A DNA stretch of 64,000 bases, taken from contig DAOPYW010000002.1 of the NCBI GenBank assembly GCA_035353055.1, forward strand, positions 4,574-68,573, in the 5' to 3' direction. The notes beneath the pieces were generated by a model, which did not search any database, had not been told where the DNA came from, and saw nothing but the letters and a program-made list of their open reading frames with translations. How positions within the stretch are numbered: position 1 is the stretch's first letter; every line of letters starts with the position of its first letter. The position numbers were made by a program, and so were the translations under genes. Positions 8,901 through 18,434 of this stretch are shown piece after piece. Source of the DNA: Bacilli bacterium (lineage in GTDB: Bacteria; Bacillota_I; Bacilli_A; RFN20; CAG-826).

Positions 8901-11900
8901 GGCTATATGCCAAAGCGGAAAGCAGCTTGACCAATTTCTCCGATGGAGTGAATAGCTACAACTTAATTAGAGATCCGCTAGTTTGGGACAGCACGTGGGG
9001 CACTAAAGGGCCGGACGATTATACGATTGTCAAAGGCGACTTTGCCTCATTAGATGAAAAAGGCGATTGGTGCAGCGAAGGTTTTACCCCTTCCTTTGAT
9101 ACCTCAAGCTATGTGGCTCCTTATGCGAGCTACACCAATTATTGGGACAACCCTCAGTTCATCGAGGACTACTCCGCTGTTCTAGAACTCGACGAAATCG
9201 GACGCCTCAGCAAGATTGTTTACTGGGTCACCCAAGCGGTGGCGACAAATGATTTGCTGAAACTTCCGACGAGGACTTTCGATGGGCTTGTCAATTCTCT
9301 CAATGACACCACCTGCCTGAGAGTGACGCCATACAATTTCTTTGAAATTGCTAAATCAGCCTTCCCGAGCAGTTCTTCATCTTCCTTCTTCGATCTGTCA
9401 CCCGCAAATACTTCATATTTAGTTTCGTGCGACCAATACATCAATGACTACGCTGCTTCAGCTCCGCTAAGACAAGTGGAAATTGATTATTTAACTAATA
9501 TTTATGCCACCTATCGCTTCATGGTTGATAATGGCATTTTGGATAGCAATAATCAGCTTGTGACTGATAAGATTGACGTTGAAGTATCCAATAAAGTGCG
9601 CGATTCCATCCTCGGAATTCAGGAATCATTAGTTTTCCATCGCAAAGGTTCTATTTTGGATCCTAACTTAAACGATGACACTGATGGCTATTATCCGACG
9701 GTTTTCCAAAACGGATTGTCGGCTTTCTTAACCGCTGAATATATGGGCGAAATTCTCTATAACTCCGATAGTCCAAAAGACACTTTTTACTACGATGATT
9801 ATGCCGAATATCTCGATCCAGATTTGGCAGTGGTTACTGAAAGCGATATCATAAAAGCTAAAGCCGATTATCTTCTCGACAACTACTTTGATTTTAGAGG
9901 TTTGAAAAACTTTAACTATAGCCAGCAAGTCGATGAAATCAACGCCATTTTTACTGTCGTCGATGCCATTGTCGGTGGGCCTATTGAAGGAACAACGGAA
10001 AACTATCAAGGCCTGCGCAAATCAGGCGGTGCCATCACCTTCAACTTTGAAAATTTTGACATCACCAACAGCGGCAACTCCATTGCTATAAACCAAATAA
10101 TGAATACTCTTAATGAAACGAATACGCTATTTGATTGCACTTCGAATATTATTTCTCTAGCGCTTGAAAACGCTTCTCAGTACAGCATTGTCAGCAATCT
10201 AACTCATGTTAATTTCGATGACACCAACATTTTCTATCACTATTTCGATGAGGAGAATTTGTTCGGGACACAGACATATAACTGGAATATCAGACTTGGA
10301 GAAGAAGAGATTTCCTTAGTCAGCGATATCGTGAGAGAAGTTTCAAAGTACCAAAATGGCGAGCCCTCAACCTTCCCCGATTTTGATACTATCGATACTT
10401 CGCTTACTTCTGTTCAAAATCTTGAGAATTTCCTCCACACATTGCAAGAAAGCAAAATGTTCCATACTGGCGGACCTGTGCTATCCTTATCTTTCGATGG
10501 CAGCCATAATGTTGTCTTGACCAATACCTCATCAACAGGGATGACCATCTTCCAAGAAATATGCGTGCAGATGTTCTCCGATGATACGCTATCATCTTCT
10601 CTTTTCCGCGCCGCCTCGCCAAAAGACCAAGCCAATATGGCTCTGGGATTATATTCAAACGCTGAGGAAAAAGCTGAATACTTGGCCGAGACTTTGTTCA
10701 CTCACGATGGATTAGGTGCTTCAGCCCTGTCCTTGCCTGCTCAGTCGACGGAAATCGATGACATCGGCGTATTTTTAACCGCTGCTTTGAAATTCCATGC
10801 CAATGATTTCAGCTCCATGAATTTGATGGATATCGACACCGATGATGTTCGCGAGGTGCTTGTCGCTCTCAATAATTGCGAATCCCTGTACGATACCGTT
10901 CCTAATCTCATCTCGACGATGATGGACCGCGATTTCACGACTTTCGAAGGCGTCGATTTATCCGATGCTTCTTCTTACTATCATTATCAGAGTGGTGGAA
11001 CCACCAACTACAATGTGAAATATGATGTCGATGAAATCGATAACATCGCCACCCTCCTCACTGACTATCAATCATTCACCACAATAGTTGGCACCAATAA
11101 CATGGGCGATCTCGCAGTCGTGAAAGCCCTATTGGAAAACGGATACATCTATGATTTATTCGTCGACTCCTATTCAAGCCACATTCTGCACATATCCAAT
11201 GACTACTTAACTTCTACGACCCACATGACTGTTTTCGAGCAAGTCATCAATATGTTTACTACCAAATCTGGCCTCACAAACTACGCTTACCCCGTTGACG
11301 GACCGGCAAAGATGATGGCTAAAATTAAAGCCGTCACAGCTCTCGACGAAGCTTATAAAGATGATGTGACCACTTATAATTCGACAGGCTATCACGAATG
11401 CTGGCTGAGAGTGACTGGCGATGATGAGATTCATGCTCTTGTTGACTTCATATCAACCAGCCGATCAATTCTCGGCGAAACAGGCTTGATGAATGTCGCC
11501 AACTTGCAAATGGATAACATCGATCCATCAGAAACCAGAGATGTCATGACTTCCATCAATAAAGTTGATTTTCTCAACGATGTGATGCCAGTCTTTGTCT
11601 CTCAAGGCTTTGACGCGATTGGTCTAAGTTCTCTCTCATCTTATAATTCCATCAATCATTCTTATATTAATATAGGCCAATATCAATATGGCGGAGCTCG
11701 CGGAGCAACCAACATCGATTACTGCGAAATCAACAATATTTACGCCGCTTTGAGCAACATGGTTAAATATGATACCGAGAATAATTTTGATGGTTACCAC
11801 AGCCTCGGAAACATGATTCTCCTCGCTGATAATACCAGCAATTTTGATGGCATTGTTCGCTTCATCAGCCACAGCCGCATTCTGAACACTGATCAAAGCG

Positions 11901-12706
11901 GTAGCTTTGACACGATGTGGGATTTGTCGGGCTATTCCGTTGCCACCCGCGGATTATTGATTTATAACATTCTCACCGCTGGGCAATCAGATCCCAATAG
12001 CGGAGCCAATCTTGGCCAGTATGTCACTGGCAGTACTCCGGAAGAAAAAATTGCTGTTCTATCGAGAATCTTCACCTTCGCAAACTACAACGATCAGGCC
12101 GAATCGCGCGGATTATTCACGCTGGCATCCAATTCCGATCACATTGATCAAAATAACTTGGACATCGATGATTTTGATGCCATTACTAACGCTCGCAATG
12201 AAGTCACTGTCTCGATGAAAGCGGCATATGACTCCTATGGCAATGGCAGCAATGTCCGCTCTTATTTCGCTAGCGAAATTATGTCTACCTTCCTCGATAA
12301 TATCATGGAAATCCAGTATGACGTTATCGATGGCCTTGGCTATTACTATGAAGAAATACACTTTGGTCCTACAGCGCTTGCTGGAGTCAATCAAACCGCT
12401 TATGAAAACGTCAATAGTGTGGAGTGCGATGGCTTGAACGGATCGCTCAACGCGGTGCTCATTGTGAATGGAATTATCAGCACTGGCACATTGCCGACCC
12501 GCGTAGAGTTAATCGGCGCCTTCACCCTCATGGATAATAGCGCTTCCGCGAAGGTGTTCTATCTCGCCCGCATTCACGACAACCTCGGATTAGTTACCCA
12601 GTCAGCGCCTCCAGTTTGGACTGACTATACCTCAAGTATCTACGCCCCAGGATTTGACTTCGGCGTATACGGCACATCCCTAGCTGATTATTTCTCTCTC
12701 AGTTAA
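5963..12706 (+). CDS. Giant (2247 aa) membrane-anchored surface protein of unknown function; 4 N-terminal TM helices then ~2000-aa acidic N/D/S/T/Y-rich ectodomain
   Basis: Single uninterrupted ORF. Four hydrophobic segments in the first ~200 aa. Almost no Cys. No recognisable enzymatic motif or tandem repeat. Putative own promoter (TTGACT-17-TATTAG) and GAGG RBS upstream. Confidence 0.7.
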   Translation: MSADLFAQIVNIGLIVLFVAAIVGFLIAGIVGYKRGIWSSTYRMLFMLILVTVGLVSLTAIADILGNINLDLFIPYETIILTNEKTGIIYYAPITSFHDTLVSCFRGFYYLYNVSGSYAAATEFAEALAYSVVKLAAFMVIMILIVTLGSLLCTILWHALFKHLIPKLARNRIKVRWVGVAMNTITYVVVGFLFFSPFSSMINIINQNYSRRDDENQVVAYLNGFVETYDNSLFAQTFFNWTVDPSTGMTIDTTILNSLTSSSLKNGSIGIIESVSELTKIANVLAENIVIGSDNKITFSIPEMVSQEYIETLFASLKDSNLVMMIIPLAIQISLNSDLLADYVDTSLLDLSDAEWDKELDAIETIAIDVANSGIVDSFLDDDGNFVLPTDNAVLISSLLTKKAYSYTYHALTTISESKLLSRSIPALIQYLINNGGETMKSYFPTTFEALNDIDWGFELSTVYDCLYQMYCADNRIVTAILNMNSSETGEGGSGLAPLRAGEEDFTLMDVLLENIDAYRRIIVGETNTANELVNLDSNGRTIVYSNGKRIPGRRYSLLDISLCKTIFSSFATTLGELISDETTETAVSAVMTELSAGKWMKNYKEEFNALFYCFSAFSENPGALDTLTSGELIPEGGSLSDIDPGVVRVLSLAMKRMDKSKIIYAILTPTINTLLTTGSIAEAFQQSNIDIAIVTDGVHKAEASRTLGIELAKIIDSVKHFGTLSDILSGGYDTATMISHLGSASESIAYALDAVYRCRIINPVPEPTDTYTKNENYFNVMSYIFGDSLHVEGLAFDQTLLNDPNITWVNSTDSSGNFYHDRYGNAIYDGENGAIANVIKALASSGIMTVMTDDTYLSGSNMTDHIASLENDYHLSRILSAVGDSAVFSSTMGTFLDAQLDQTGILAQGVSFTNVTDWKDEGEKLGVLLTTIGEAAIDMSNLNLNAITNVVGLNDLLHALADSSMFIDKTTGNYLFSGWLYAKAESSLTNFSDGVNSYNLIRDPLVWDSTWGTKGPDDYTIVKGDFASLDEKGDWCSEGFTPSFDTSSYVAPYASYTNYWDNPQFIEDYSAVLELDEIGRLSKIVYWVTQAVATNDLLKLPTRTFDGLVNSLNDTTCLRVTPYNFFEIAKSAFPSSSSSSFFDLSPANTSYLVSCDQYINDYAASAPLRQVEIDYLTNIYATYRFMVDNGILDSNNQLVTDKIDVEVSNKVRDSILGIQESLVFHRKGSILDPNLNDDTDGYYPTVFQNGLSAFLTAEYMGEILYNSDSPKDTFYYDDYAEYLDPDLAVVTESDIIKAKADYLLDNYFDFRGLKNFNYSQQVDEINAIFTVVDAIVGGPIEGTTENYQGLRKSGGAITFNFENFDITNSGNSIAINQIMNTLNETNTLFDCTSNIISLALENASQYSIVSNLTHVNFDDTNIFYHYFDEENLFGTQTYNWNIRLGEEEISLVSDIVREVSKYQNGEPSTFPDFDTIDTSLTSVQNLENFLHTLQESKMFHTGGPVLSLSFDGSHNVVLTNTSSTGMTIFQEICVQMFSDDTLSSSLFRAASPKDQANMALGLYSNAEEKAEYLAETLFTHDGLGASALSLPAQSTEIDDIGVFLTAALKFHANDFSSMNLMDIDTDDVREVLVALNNCESLYDTVPNLISTMMDRDFTTFEGVDLSDASSYYHYQSGGTTNYNVKYDVDEIDNIATLLTDYQSFTTIVGTNNMGDLAVVKALLENGYIYDLFVDSYSSHILHISNDYLTSTTHMTVFEQVINMFTTKSGLTNYAYPVDGPAKMMAKIKAVTALDEAYKDDVTTYNSTGYHECWLRVTGDDEIHALVDFISTSRSILGETGLMNVANLQMDNIDPSETRDVMTSINKVDFLNDVMPVFVSQGFDAIGLSSLSSYNSINHSYINIGQYQYGGARGATNIDYCEINNIYAALSNMVKYDTENNFDGYHSLGNMILLADNTSNFDGIVRFISHSRILNTDQSGSFDTMWDLSGYSVATRGLLIYNILTAGQSDPNSGANLGQYVTGSTPEEKIAVLSRIFTFANYNDQAESRGLFTLASNSDHIDQNNLDIDDFDAITNARNEVTVSMKAAYDSYGNGSNVRSYFASEIMSTFLDNIMEIQYDVIDGLGYYYEEIHFGPTALAGVNQTAYENVNSVECDGLNGSLNAVLIVNGIISTGTLPTRVELIGAFTLMDNSASAKVFYLARIHDNLGLVTQSAPPVWTDYTSSIYAPGFDFGVYGTSLADYFSLS

Positions 12707-12708
12707 TT

Positions 12709-13086
12709 ATGCAAACTGTCCAAACTAGATTCGAAGATTTATCGGAAGTAAATAAATCAAAATTTGTCGCCATTATTATCCCTCTTAACAACGCTGACGA
12801 TTTTAAGAAATTGTTGGCTGACATTAAAAAAGAACACGCTAAAGCAAAGCACATTGTTTATGCCTATCGCGTGAAAGAGAAAAGCAAATCGTGCGATGAT
12901 CAAGAGCCAAAAGGCACTGCTGGGAAACCTTTGCTTGAGCTTCTCCACAAGCGAGAGATGGATCAAGTGGTGATCTTTGTAGCTCGCTACTTCGGGGGCA
13001 CTAAACTCGGAGCATCGCGCTTATTGAGAACTTATCTTCAAGCCGGCATCAACGTGCTTAATAAAGCACAATTAGTACAAATTTAG
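12709..13086 (+). CDS. IMPACT/YigZ family N-terminal domain protein (UPF0029)
   Basis: EPKGTAGKPLL motif characteristic of the IMPACT N-domain. 125 aa, C-terminal YigZ domain absent. Confidence 0.55.
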   Translation: MQTVQTRFEDLSEVNKSKFVAIIIPLNNADDFKKLLADIKKEHAKAKHIVYAYRVKEKSKSCDDQEPKGTAGKPLLELLHKREMDQVVIFVARYFGGTKLGASRLLRTYLQAGINVLNKAQLVQI

Positions 13087-13099
13087 GAGGCTATCAAAT

Positions 13100-13924
13100 A
13101 TGTCAGAATGCAATCACGATTGCGAACATTGCGCGAGCAATGATTCTTGCGAGACTAAAAGTCTCAAAGCAAAATTAAACGAACTATCGCACATCAAAAG
13201 AATAATCGGAATACTTTCCGGAAAGGGCGGAGTGGGAAAATCTTATGTCACTTCGCTATTAGCAGTAAGTTTAATTAAGCGCGGTTTTAAAGTGGGAATC
13301 CTCGACGCGGACGTCACTGGTCCGAGCATTCCCAAGGCTTTTAACATCGGCGAAAAAGCCGCCGGTGAGAATAGCTTGATTTATCCGCTCTCTTCGAGAT
13401 TAGGCATCAAGATCATCTCCGCGAATTGTCTATTAGAAGATGATTCGGATCCAATTATATGGCGAGGTCCTTTACTCGCGAATCTCGTAAAGCAATTCTA
13501 TGAAGATGTCTTGTGGGAAGAGTTAGACTATCTTCTCATCGACATGCCACCAGGAACTGGCGATGTGGCTCTGACGATTTTTCAATCGATTCCAGTCGAT
13601 GACTTAATCATCGTCACTTCGCCGCAAGATCTCGTCTCGCTCATCGTCACAAAAGCGATAAAAATGGCCGAGATGATGCACATTAATGTTTTAGGTGTCA
13701 TTGAAAACATGTCGTACCTCACTTGCCCAGATTGCGGCAAAAAGATCGAAGTCTTTGGCACTTCGCATCTCGATAGCTTTGCTAAACAACTGCACTTCAA
13801 TATTTTAGGAAGGCTCCCCCTCAACTCTCAGAACGCTTCATTGGTCGATGAAGGAAGAGTGGAGGAAATCGCCCTGCCAGAAATCGAAGAAGTGACAAAC
13901 AAAATTTTAACGAAGGAGAATTAA
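13100..13924 (+). CDS. Mrp/ApbC/NBP35 family Fe-S cluster carrier ATPase
   Basis: GKGGVGKS deviant Walker A, N-terminal CxxC-rich region, CPxC motif. AGGAGG RBS. Confidence 0.8.
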   Translation: MSECNHDCEHCASNDSCETKSLKAKLNELSHIKRIIGILSGKGGVGKSYVTSLLAVSLIKRGFKVGILDADVTGPSIPKAFNIGEKAAGENSLIYPLSSRLGIKIISANCLLEDDSDPIIWRGPLLANLVKQFYEDVLWEELDYLLIDMPPGTGDVALTIFQSIPVDDLIIVTSPQDLVSLIVTKAIKMAEMMHINVLGVIENMSYLTCPDCGKKIEVFGTSHLDSFAKQLHFNILGRLPLNSQNASLVDEGRVEEIALPEIEEVTNKILTKEN

Positions 13925-13926
13925 TT

Positions 13927-15183
13927 ATGAGTGATATTGAAAATCGCCGCGAACGGCTCTTTGCCAAGATGAAAGAGAATTCCGCCGCCGTAGTGTTTGC
14001 CGGAGTCTCTAAACTGAGAAGCGAAGATGATACTTTTCCTTTCCAATCCAATCGCCATTTCTTTTATCTGAGCAATATCGAACAAGAGAATTCTGTCCTC
14101 TTATTTGTCAAGGGAATCAGCGAGAAGAAAGTCTATCTTTTTATCGATGATTTCAATGAGTTAAAAGAGAAGTGGACAGGAAAGAGATTGACCATCGAAG
14201 AAGCTAAAAAAATCTCCCGCATACAAAATGTTTATTTGAACGATTCTTTCGAGAGCATGCTCTCGCTAGCTCTCGTGGCAAAAAACAACCAATATGGGCA
14301 GATCGATACTCTGTATCTTGACCTTTCTCCAGAATTGAAAATCAAGGATAGCTTCTCCACCCAAGAATTCGAAAAATTTATCGCTGGAGAATACTCACAT
14401 ATCAAGACCATCAACATCTATCCGATGATTACCGAGCTGAGAATGGTCAAATCTTCCGAAGAAATCGGGGAAATCCTCAACGCCATCAATGGCACAAATA
14501 ATGGCATCAGCCAAATTATTAACGACTTAAAACCAGGGCTTTTAGAAATGCATATCGCTGATTCTTTTGAATTTTTTGGGCGAAAGCACGGCTTCAGAGA
14601 ATTGGCCTTCTCCAGCATCGTGGCTTCGGGCAAAAACGCCACTTGCCTTCACTATCCATCGCAAAATGATGTGACCAAAGATAATGACCTCATTCTATTT
14701 GATATCGGTTACAAATCTCATGGTTATTGCGCGGACATCTCCCGAACTTTTCCTGTGAGCGGAGTATTTTCTGGGTTAGCAAAAGAAGTTTATCAATCGG
14801 TTCTAAACTGCAATAAAGCCGTCATCGATTATGTTCGCGAGGGGATGACCATCGCTCAAGTTCAGGAATTTACTCGTGAATTTTTGAAAAAAGAATGCGT
14901 CAAACTCGGTTTGCTGCGCGAGGATGAAGATGTCGTTAAATATTATTATCATAATGTTTCTCATCATTTAGGACTCAACACTCACGATTGCGCAGATCGA
15001 GAAAAACCATTGGAAAATGGCAATGTCATCACCGTCGAGCCGGGTCTCTATTTAGCTGATCGAGGCTTTGGAGTTCGAATTGAAGACGATGTTTTAATCA
15101 GCAATGGTCGCGGCGAATGCCTATCAAAAGGTATCGTCAAGGAAATCAAAGATATTGAAAGGATGTTTAAGTCGCGTTTTTAA
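13927..15183 (+). CDS. pepP: Xaa-Pro aminopeptidase (M24B family)
   Basis: M24 metal-ligand pattern (HHLGLNTHD, DIG..., E..ITVEPG, RIED). Confidence 0.75.
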   Translation: MSDIENRRERLFAKMKENSAAVVFAGVSKLRSEDDTFPFQSNRHFFYLSNIEQENSVLLFVKGISEKKVYLFIDDFNELKEKWTGKRLTIEEAKKISRIQNVYLNDSFESMLSLALVAKNNQYGQIDTLYLDLSPELKIKDSFSTQEFEKFIAGEYSHIKTINIYPMITELRMVKSSEEIGEILNAINGTNNGISQIINDLKPGLLEMHIADSFEFFGRKHGFRELAFSSIVASGKNATCLHYPSQNDVTKDNDLILFDIGYKSHGYCADISRTFPVSGVFSGLAKEVYQSVLNCNKAVIDYVREGMTIAQVQEFTREFLKKECVKLGLLREDEDVVKYYYHNVSHHLGLNTHDCADREKPLENGNVITVEPGLYLADRGFGVRIEDDVLISNGRGECLSKGIVKEIKDIERMFKSRF

Positions 15184-15185
15184 AC

Positions 15186-16664
15186 ATGAAAAGATATATT
15201 CTCTCACTTGATCAAGGCACGACCTCCACGCGAGCTATTTTGTTTGACAATCAAGGCCAAGCCAAATTTATCGCTCAGAGAGAAATACAATGCCTCTATC
15301 CTCATCCAGGCTGGGTTGAAGCGGATGCCCTCTCCATTTGGGTTTCCGTTATTGATGTAATCAATGAAGTCTTAATTAAGGCTAATATCACCATGAGCGA
15401 CATTGATTCTATTGGCTTATCCAATCAGCGCGAGACCACAGTGGTGTGGAATAAAGAGACAGGCATGCCAATTTATCATGCTATTGTGTGGCAATCCCGC
15501 CAGTCGCTAGACATTTGCGAAAAGTTGAATGACAAGCGAGATTTTATTCATCAAAAAACTGGGCTGTTAATCAATCCTTATTTTTCCGCAAGCAAAATCA
15601 GATTCATCCTCGACCATATTCCCGACGGACAAAAGAAAGCGGAAAATGGCGAACTGCTGTGTGGCACTATTGATTCCTGGCTGATTTATAAAATGACCAA
15701 AGGAAAGGTTCACGCCACCGATATATCGAATGCATCACGCACTTTATTGTTTAATATCAATTCATTAATGTGGGATAAAGAAATATGCGAGATATTCCAT
15801 ATTCCAATGAAGATGTTGCCAACCGTTAGGCCATCTTCTTTCTGCTATGGAAATGCTAGCTTTTTTGATCCCAACATCACTATTCAAGGAGTGGCAGGTG
15901 ATCAGCAGGCTGCTTTGTTCGGACAAGCATGTTTTGAAAAAGGCGAGAGCAAAAACACCTATGGTACAGGTTGCTTCATGCTTTTAAATACTGGCGAGTC
16001 CCCTGTTTTTTCTCATAGCGGTTTGTTGACAACTGTCGCTTGGCAAATTGGAAATCAAGTCACTTATGCTTTAGAAGGCTCGGTATTTGTCGGTGGAGCC
16101 GCCGTTCAATGGCTGCGTGATGAAATGAAAATAATCTCTCAATCTAGCGAGAGCGAACATGCTGCTTTTTCTGCATCTGATACTGAGGGCTTGTATTTCG
16201 TTCCTTCTTTCGTCGGCTTAGGAACGCCATATTGGGACAATGAAGCTCGAGGTGCTATTGTTGGAATTACTCGCGGCACTGATAAAAATCAAATCATCCG
16301 CGCCACTTTGGAAGGCATTGCTTACCAATGCAAAGACGTTTTTAGTGTCATGGACAAAGAAACTAAATGTAGTATAAAAAGTTTACGAGTTGATGGCGGA
16401 GCAACTGCCAACAAATATTTAATGCAGTTCCAAAGCGATATCCTTCAGCTGGATATTATCCTCCCCAAATGTTTAGAAACAACCGCTCTCGGAGCGGCTT
16501 ATCTCGCCGGTTTAAACAGCGGATTTTTCAAGAGCATCGACGAGATAAAAAAAATCCATTGTTACCAGACTATCTACCATCCACAAATGTCAAAAATCGA
16601 GATGGCACGAAGATATAAAGGCTGGGGCAAGGCGATCAAAGCTGTGCGCAGTTTTAAGTTATAG
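15186..16664 (+). CDS. glpK: Glycerol kinase
   Basis: N-terminal LSLDQGTTSTRAILFD and FGGY-kinase architecture, 492 aa. Confidence 0.9.
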   Translation: MKRYILSLDQGTTSTRAILFDNQGQAKFIAQREIQCLYPHPGWVEADALSIWVSVIDVINEVLIKANITMSDIDSIGLSNQRETTVVWNKETGMPIYHAIVWQSRQSLDICEKLNDKRDFIHQKTGLLINPYFSASKIRFILDHIPDGQKKAENGELLCGTIDSWLIYKMTKGKVHATDISNASRTLLFNINSLMWDKEICEIFHIPMKMLPTVRPSSFCYGNASFFDPNITIQGVAGDQQAALFGQACFEKGESKNTYGTGCFMLLNTGESPVFSHSGLLTTVAWQIGNQVTYALEGSVFVGGAAVQWLRDEMKIISQSSESEHAAFSASDTEGLYFVPSFVGLGTPYWDNEARGAIVGITRGTDKNQIIRATLEGIAYQCKDVFSVMDKETKCSIKSLRVDGGATANKYLMQFQSDILQLDIILPKCLETTALGAAYLAGLNSGFFKSIDEIKKIHCYQTIYHPQMSKIEMARRYKGWGKAIKAVRSFKL

Positions 16665-16720
16665 TCGCTATTGCAGGCTGAGCACTGGTGGAATAGAATA
16701 ATTTCAAAGGAGAAATACAT

Positions 16721-17047
16721 ATGGAAGAGAAAGAAAACTTAAATGTCGAGCCATTTGAACAAGATCCCGCTGGAGGCATGTCGCCTAACGATAAAAACGC
16801 TCTCGTGTCCTTCATTTTAGCGCTTGTAGGGTTATTTCTTTGCGAAACATTTATTGGTCCTATTGTTCTCGGAATTATTTCATTATCTTTAAACAAGAAG
16901 TCAAATGGTGGCAACAAGAAGCCATTCACTGTCTTTGCAAAGATAGCCAAACCAGTCGCAATTATCGACATCATTTTAGGGCCTATCGCATTAATTATCA
17001 TCATTGCTAGCATTGTTGCATTTGTTGCGGCCGGCCTTGCTGCTTAA
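16721..17047 (+). CDS. Small two-TM membrane protein (DUF4190-like)
   Basis: 108 aa. Acidic N-terminus then two hydrophobic helices. Confidence 0.4.
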   Translation: MEEKENLNVEPFEQDPAGGMSPNDKNALVSFILALVGLFLCETFIGPIVLGIISLSLNKKSNGGNKKPFTVFAKIAKPVAIIDIILGPIALIIIIASIVAFVAAGLAA

Positions 17048-17077
17048 GCTTATTTGCTTTAGCAAAAAAGACTACTA

Positions 17078-17106
17078 AAAGCGGTTCCTCGAACCGTTTT
17101 TCTTTT
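17078..17106 (+). terminator. Rho-independent terminator
   Basis: Stem cggttc/gaaccg with loop ctc, followed by tttttctttt. Confidence 0.5.
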
Positions 17107-17182
17107 AATTATTAAGAATTTTGTTATTTTTATGCGGCCGTTCGCCTATAATTAAGGTGCATACAATAAAGGGGGTTTACTT

Positions 17183-18358
17183 ATGAAAGTTAAAAAAATT
17201 TTATTTGTTGCAGCTAGTACTTTTCTTCTTGCAGCGTGTTTTGAAAGCGGAATGAGTGCTGGCTCTTTGCCAAAAGGCGGAACGCCTGCCACAGCCCAGA
17301 GCACAGTCCTAGCAATTGGAAATGCTTACGATTCTTTAATGGATTTAGACTCCTTCGAAGCTAATTTCGATTTAAAGAAAGCTCATGTTGACTTAAAACT
17401 AGGACAAACTTTTGAAGCACCAGCCTCGAAACAAGGAGGAATCCTTGGCAATCGCATGGTTGAAGAAGTCGATGGATTTGGCATCATTCAAGCTGATGCT
17501 TCAATGAAAGCTAAATTTGCGGTCACTGGTCTAACCAGCACTTCTGTTGACGATGTTGAAGCAGAAGCGAGCATTAGCGATCTCGGCATCGATCTCTATG
17601 TCGGAACTGAAATAGGCACTGAAGTTACACCAGAAGTCGACTTTGATTTCTCAGGTGTCGATGTTGCCGCTTACATTTCTACAGGCAATTTGTACGTCAA
17701 TGCTTCTGACAATGAACTCCGCTCCATGATTTCTGAAATTTTAGTCGCGACCGGCACTCCTGAAGAAGAAGTCGGACAAACGATGGAAAATATTCCAGAA
17801 AAATTCTATCAACCAGGTGTCATTAACGCTGATGCCCTCCCACTCCTTGATACTTTCTTCAATCAAGTTCTTGGAATTGAAACCCTGCCAACAAAAGAAG
17901 ATGTTATGACAGGTCTCGGCGAGGTTCTCAACGAATCATCATTTGCTACTTTGGCAGATTATATCACCCTGCTTGATTATGAAGACGGAAGCTTTGGCAT
18001 TTCTGTTGATTTGAGCAAAGAAGATGTCCTCTCATTATTAACTCTTGTCCTCTCTTCAAATGGTGACCAAATGACTGAAGAACAAATTCAAACAGCCGTT
18101 ACTGAATATGGCAAAATGTTTGAAATTGGCGCGCTAAAAGCAACCATTTTGCTCAATAGCGATGCTTTATTGACCGATGTATTATTTGACATTGATGTCT
18201 CAGTCGATACTTCTAAAAGCGAACTTTACACTCAAAGCGAAGAAACTCCAATTCTCCTTGATCTTGCTTATAAATCAGCATTGACCTTCAAATATGGAGA
18301 CAATGTGAGCGTCAATCTTCCTACCGATTTATCCTCATACGCCGTATTGGCAAACTAG
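17183..18358 (+). CDS. Acidic lipoprotein, unknown function
   Basis: Signal peptide with lipobox LLAAC. Highly acidic mature part. GGGGG RBS and own promoter. Confidence 0.6.
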   Translation: MKVKKILFVAASTFLLAACFESGMSAGSLPKGGTPATAQSTVLAIGNAYDSLMDLDSFEANFDLKKAHVDLKLGQTFEAPASKQGGILGNRMVEEVDGFGIIQADASMKAKFAVTGLTSTSVDDVEAEASISDLGIDLYVGTEIGTEVTPEVDFDFSGVDVAAYISTGNLYVNASDNELRSMISEILVATGTPEEEVGQTMENIPEKFYQPGVINADALPLLDTFFNQVLGIETLPTKEDVMTGLGEVLNESSFATLADYITLLDYEDGSFGISVDLSKEDVLSLLTLVLSSNGDQMTEEQIQTAVTEYGKMFEIGALKATILLNSDALLTDVLFDIDVSVDTSKSELYTQSEETPILLDLAYKSALTFKYGDNVSVNLPTDLSSYAVLAN

Positions 18359-18434
18359 TCATTATTCGATTTCCAATAAGAGCCCTAGGGCTCTTTTTTC
18401 TTTGCCTTTTGGACGTACGCACATTGATATCTAG

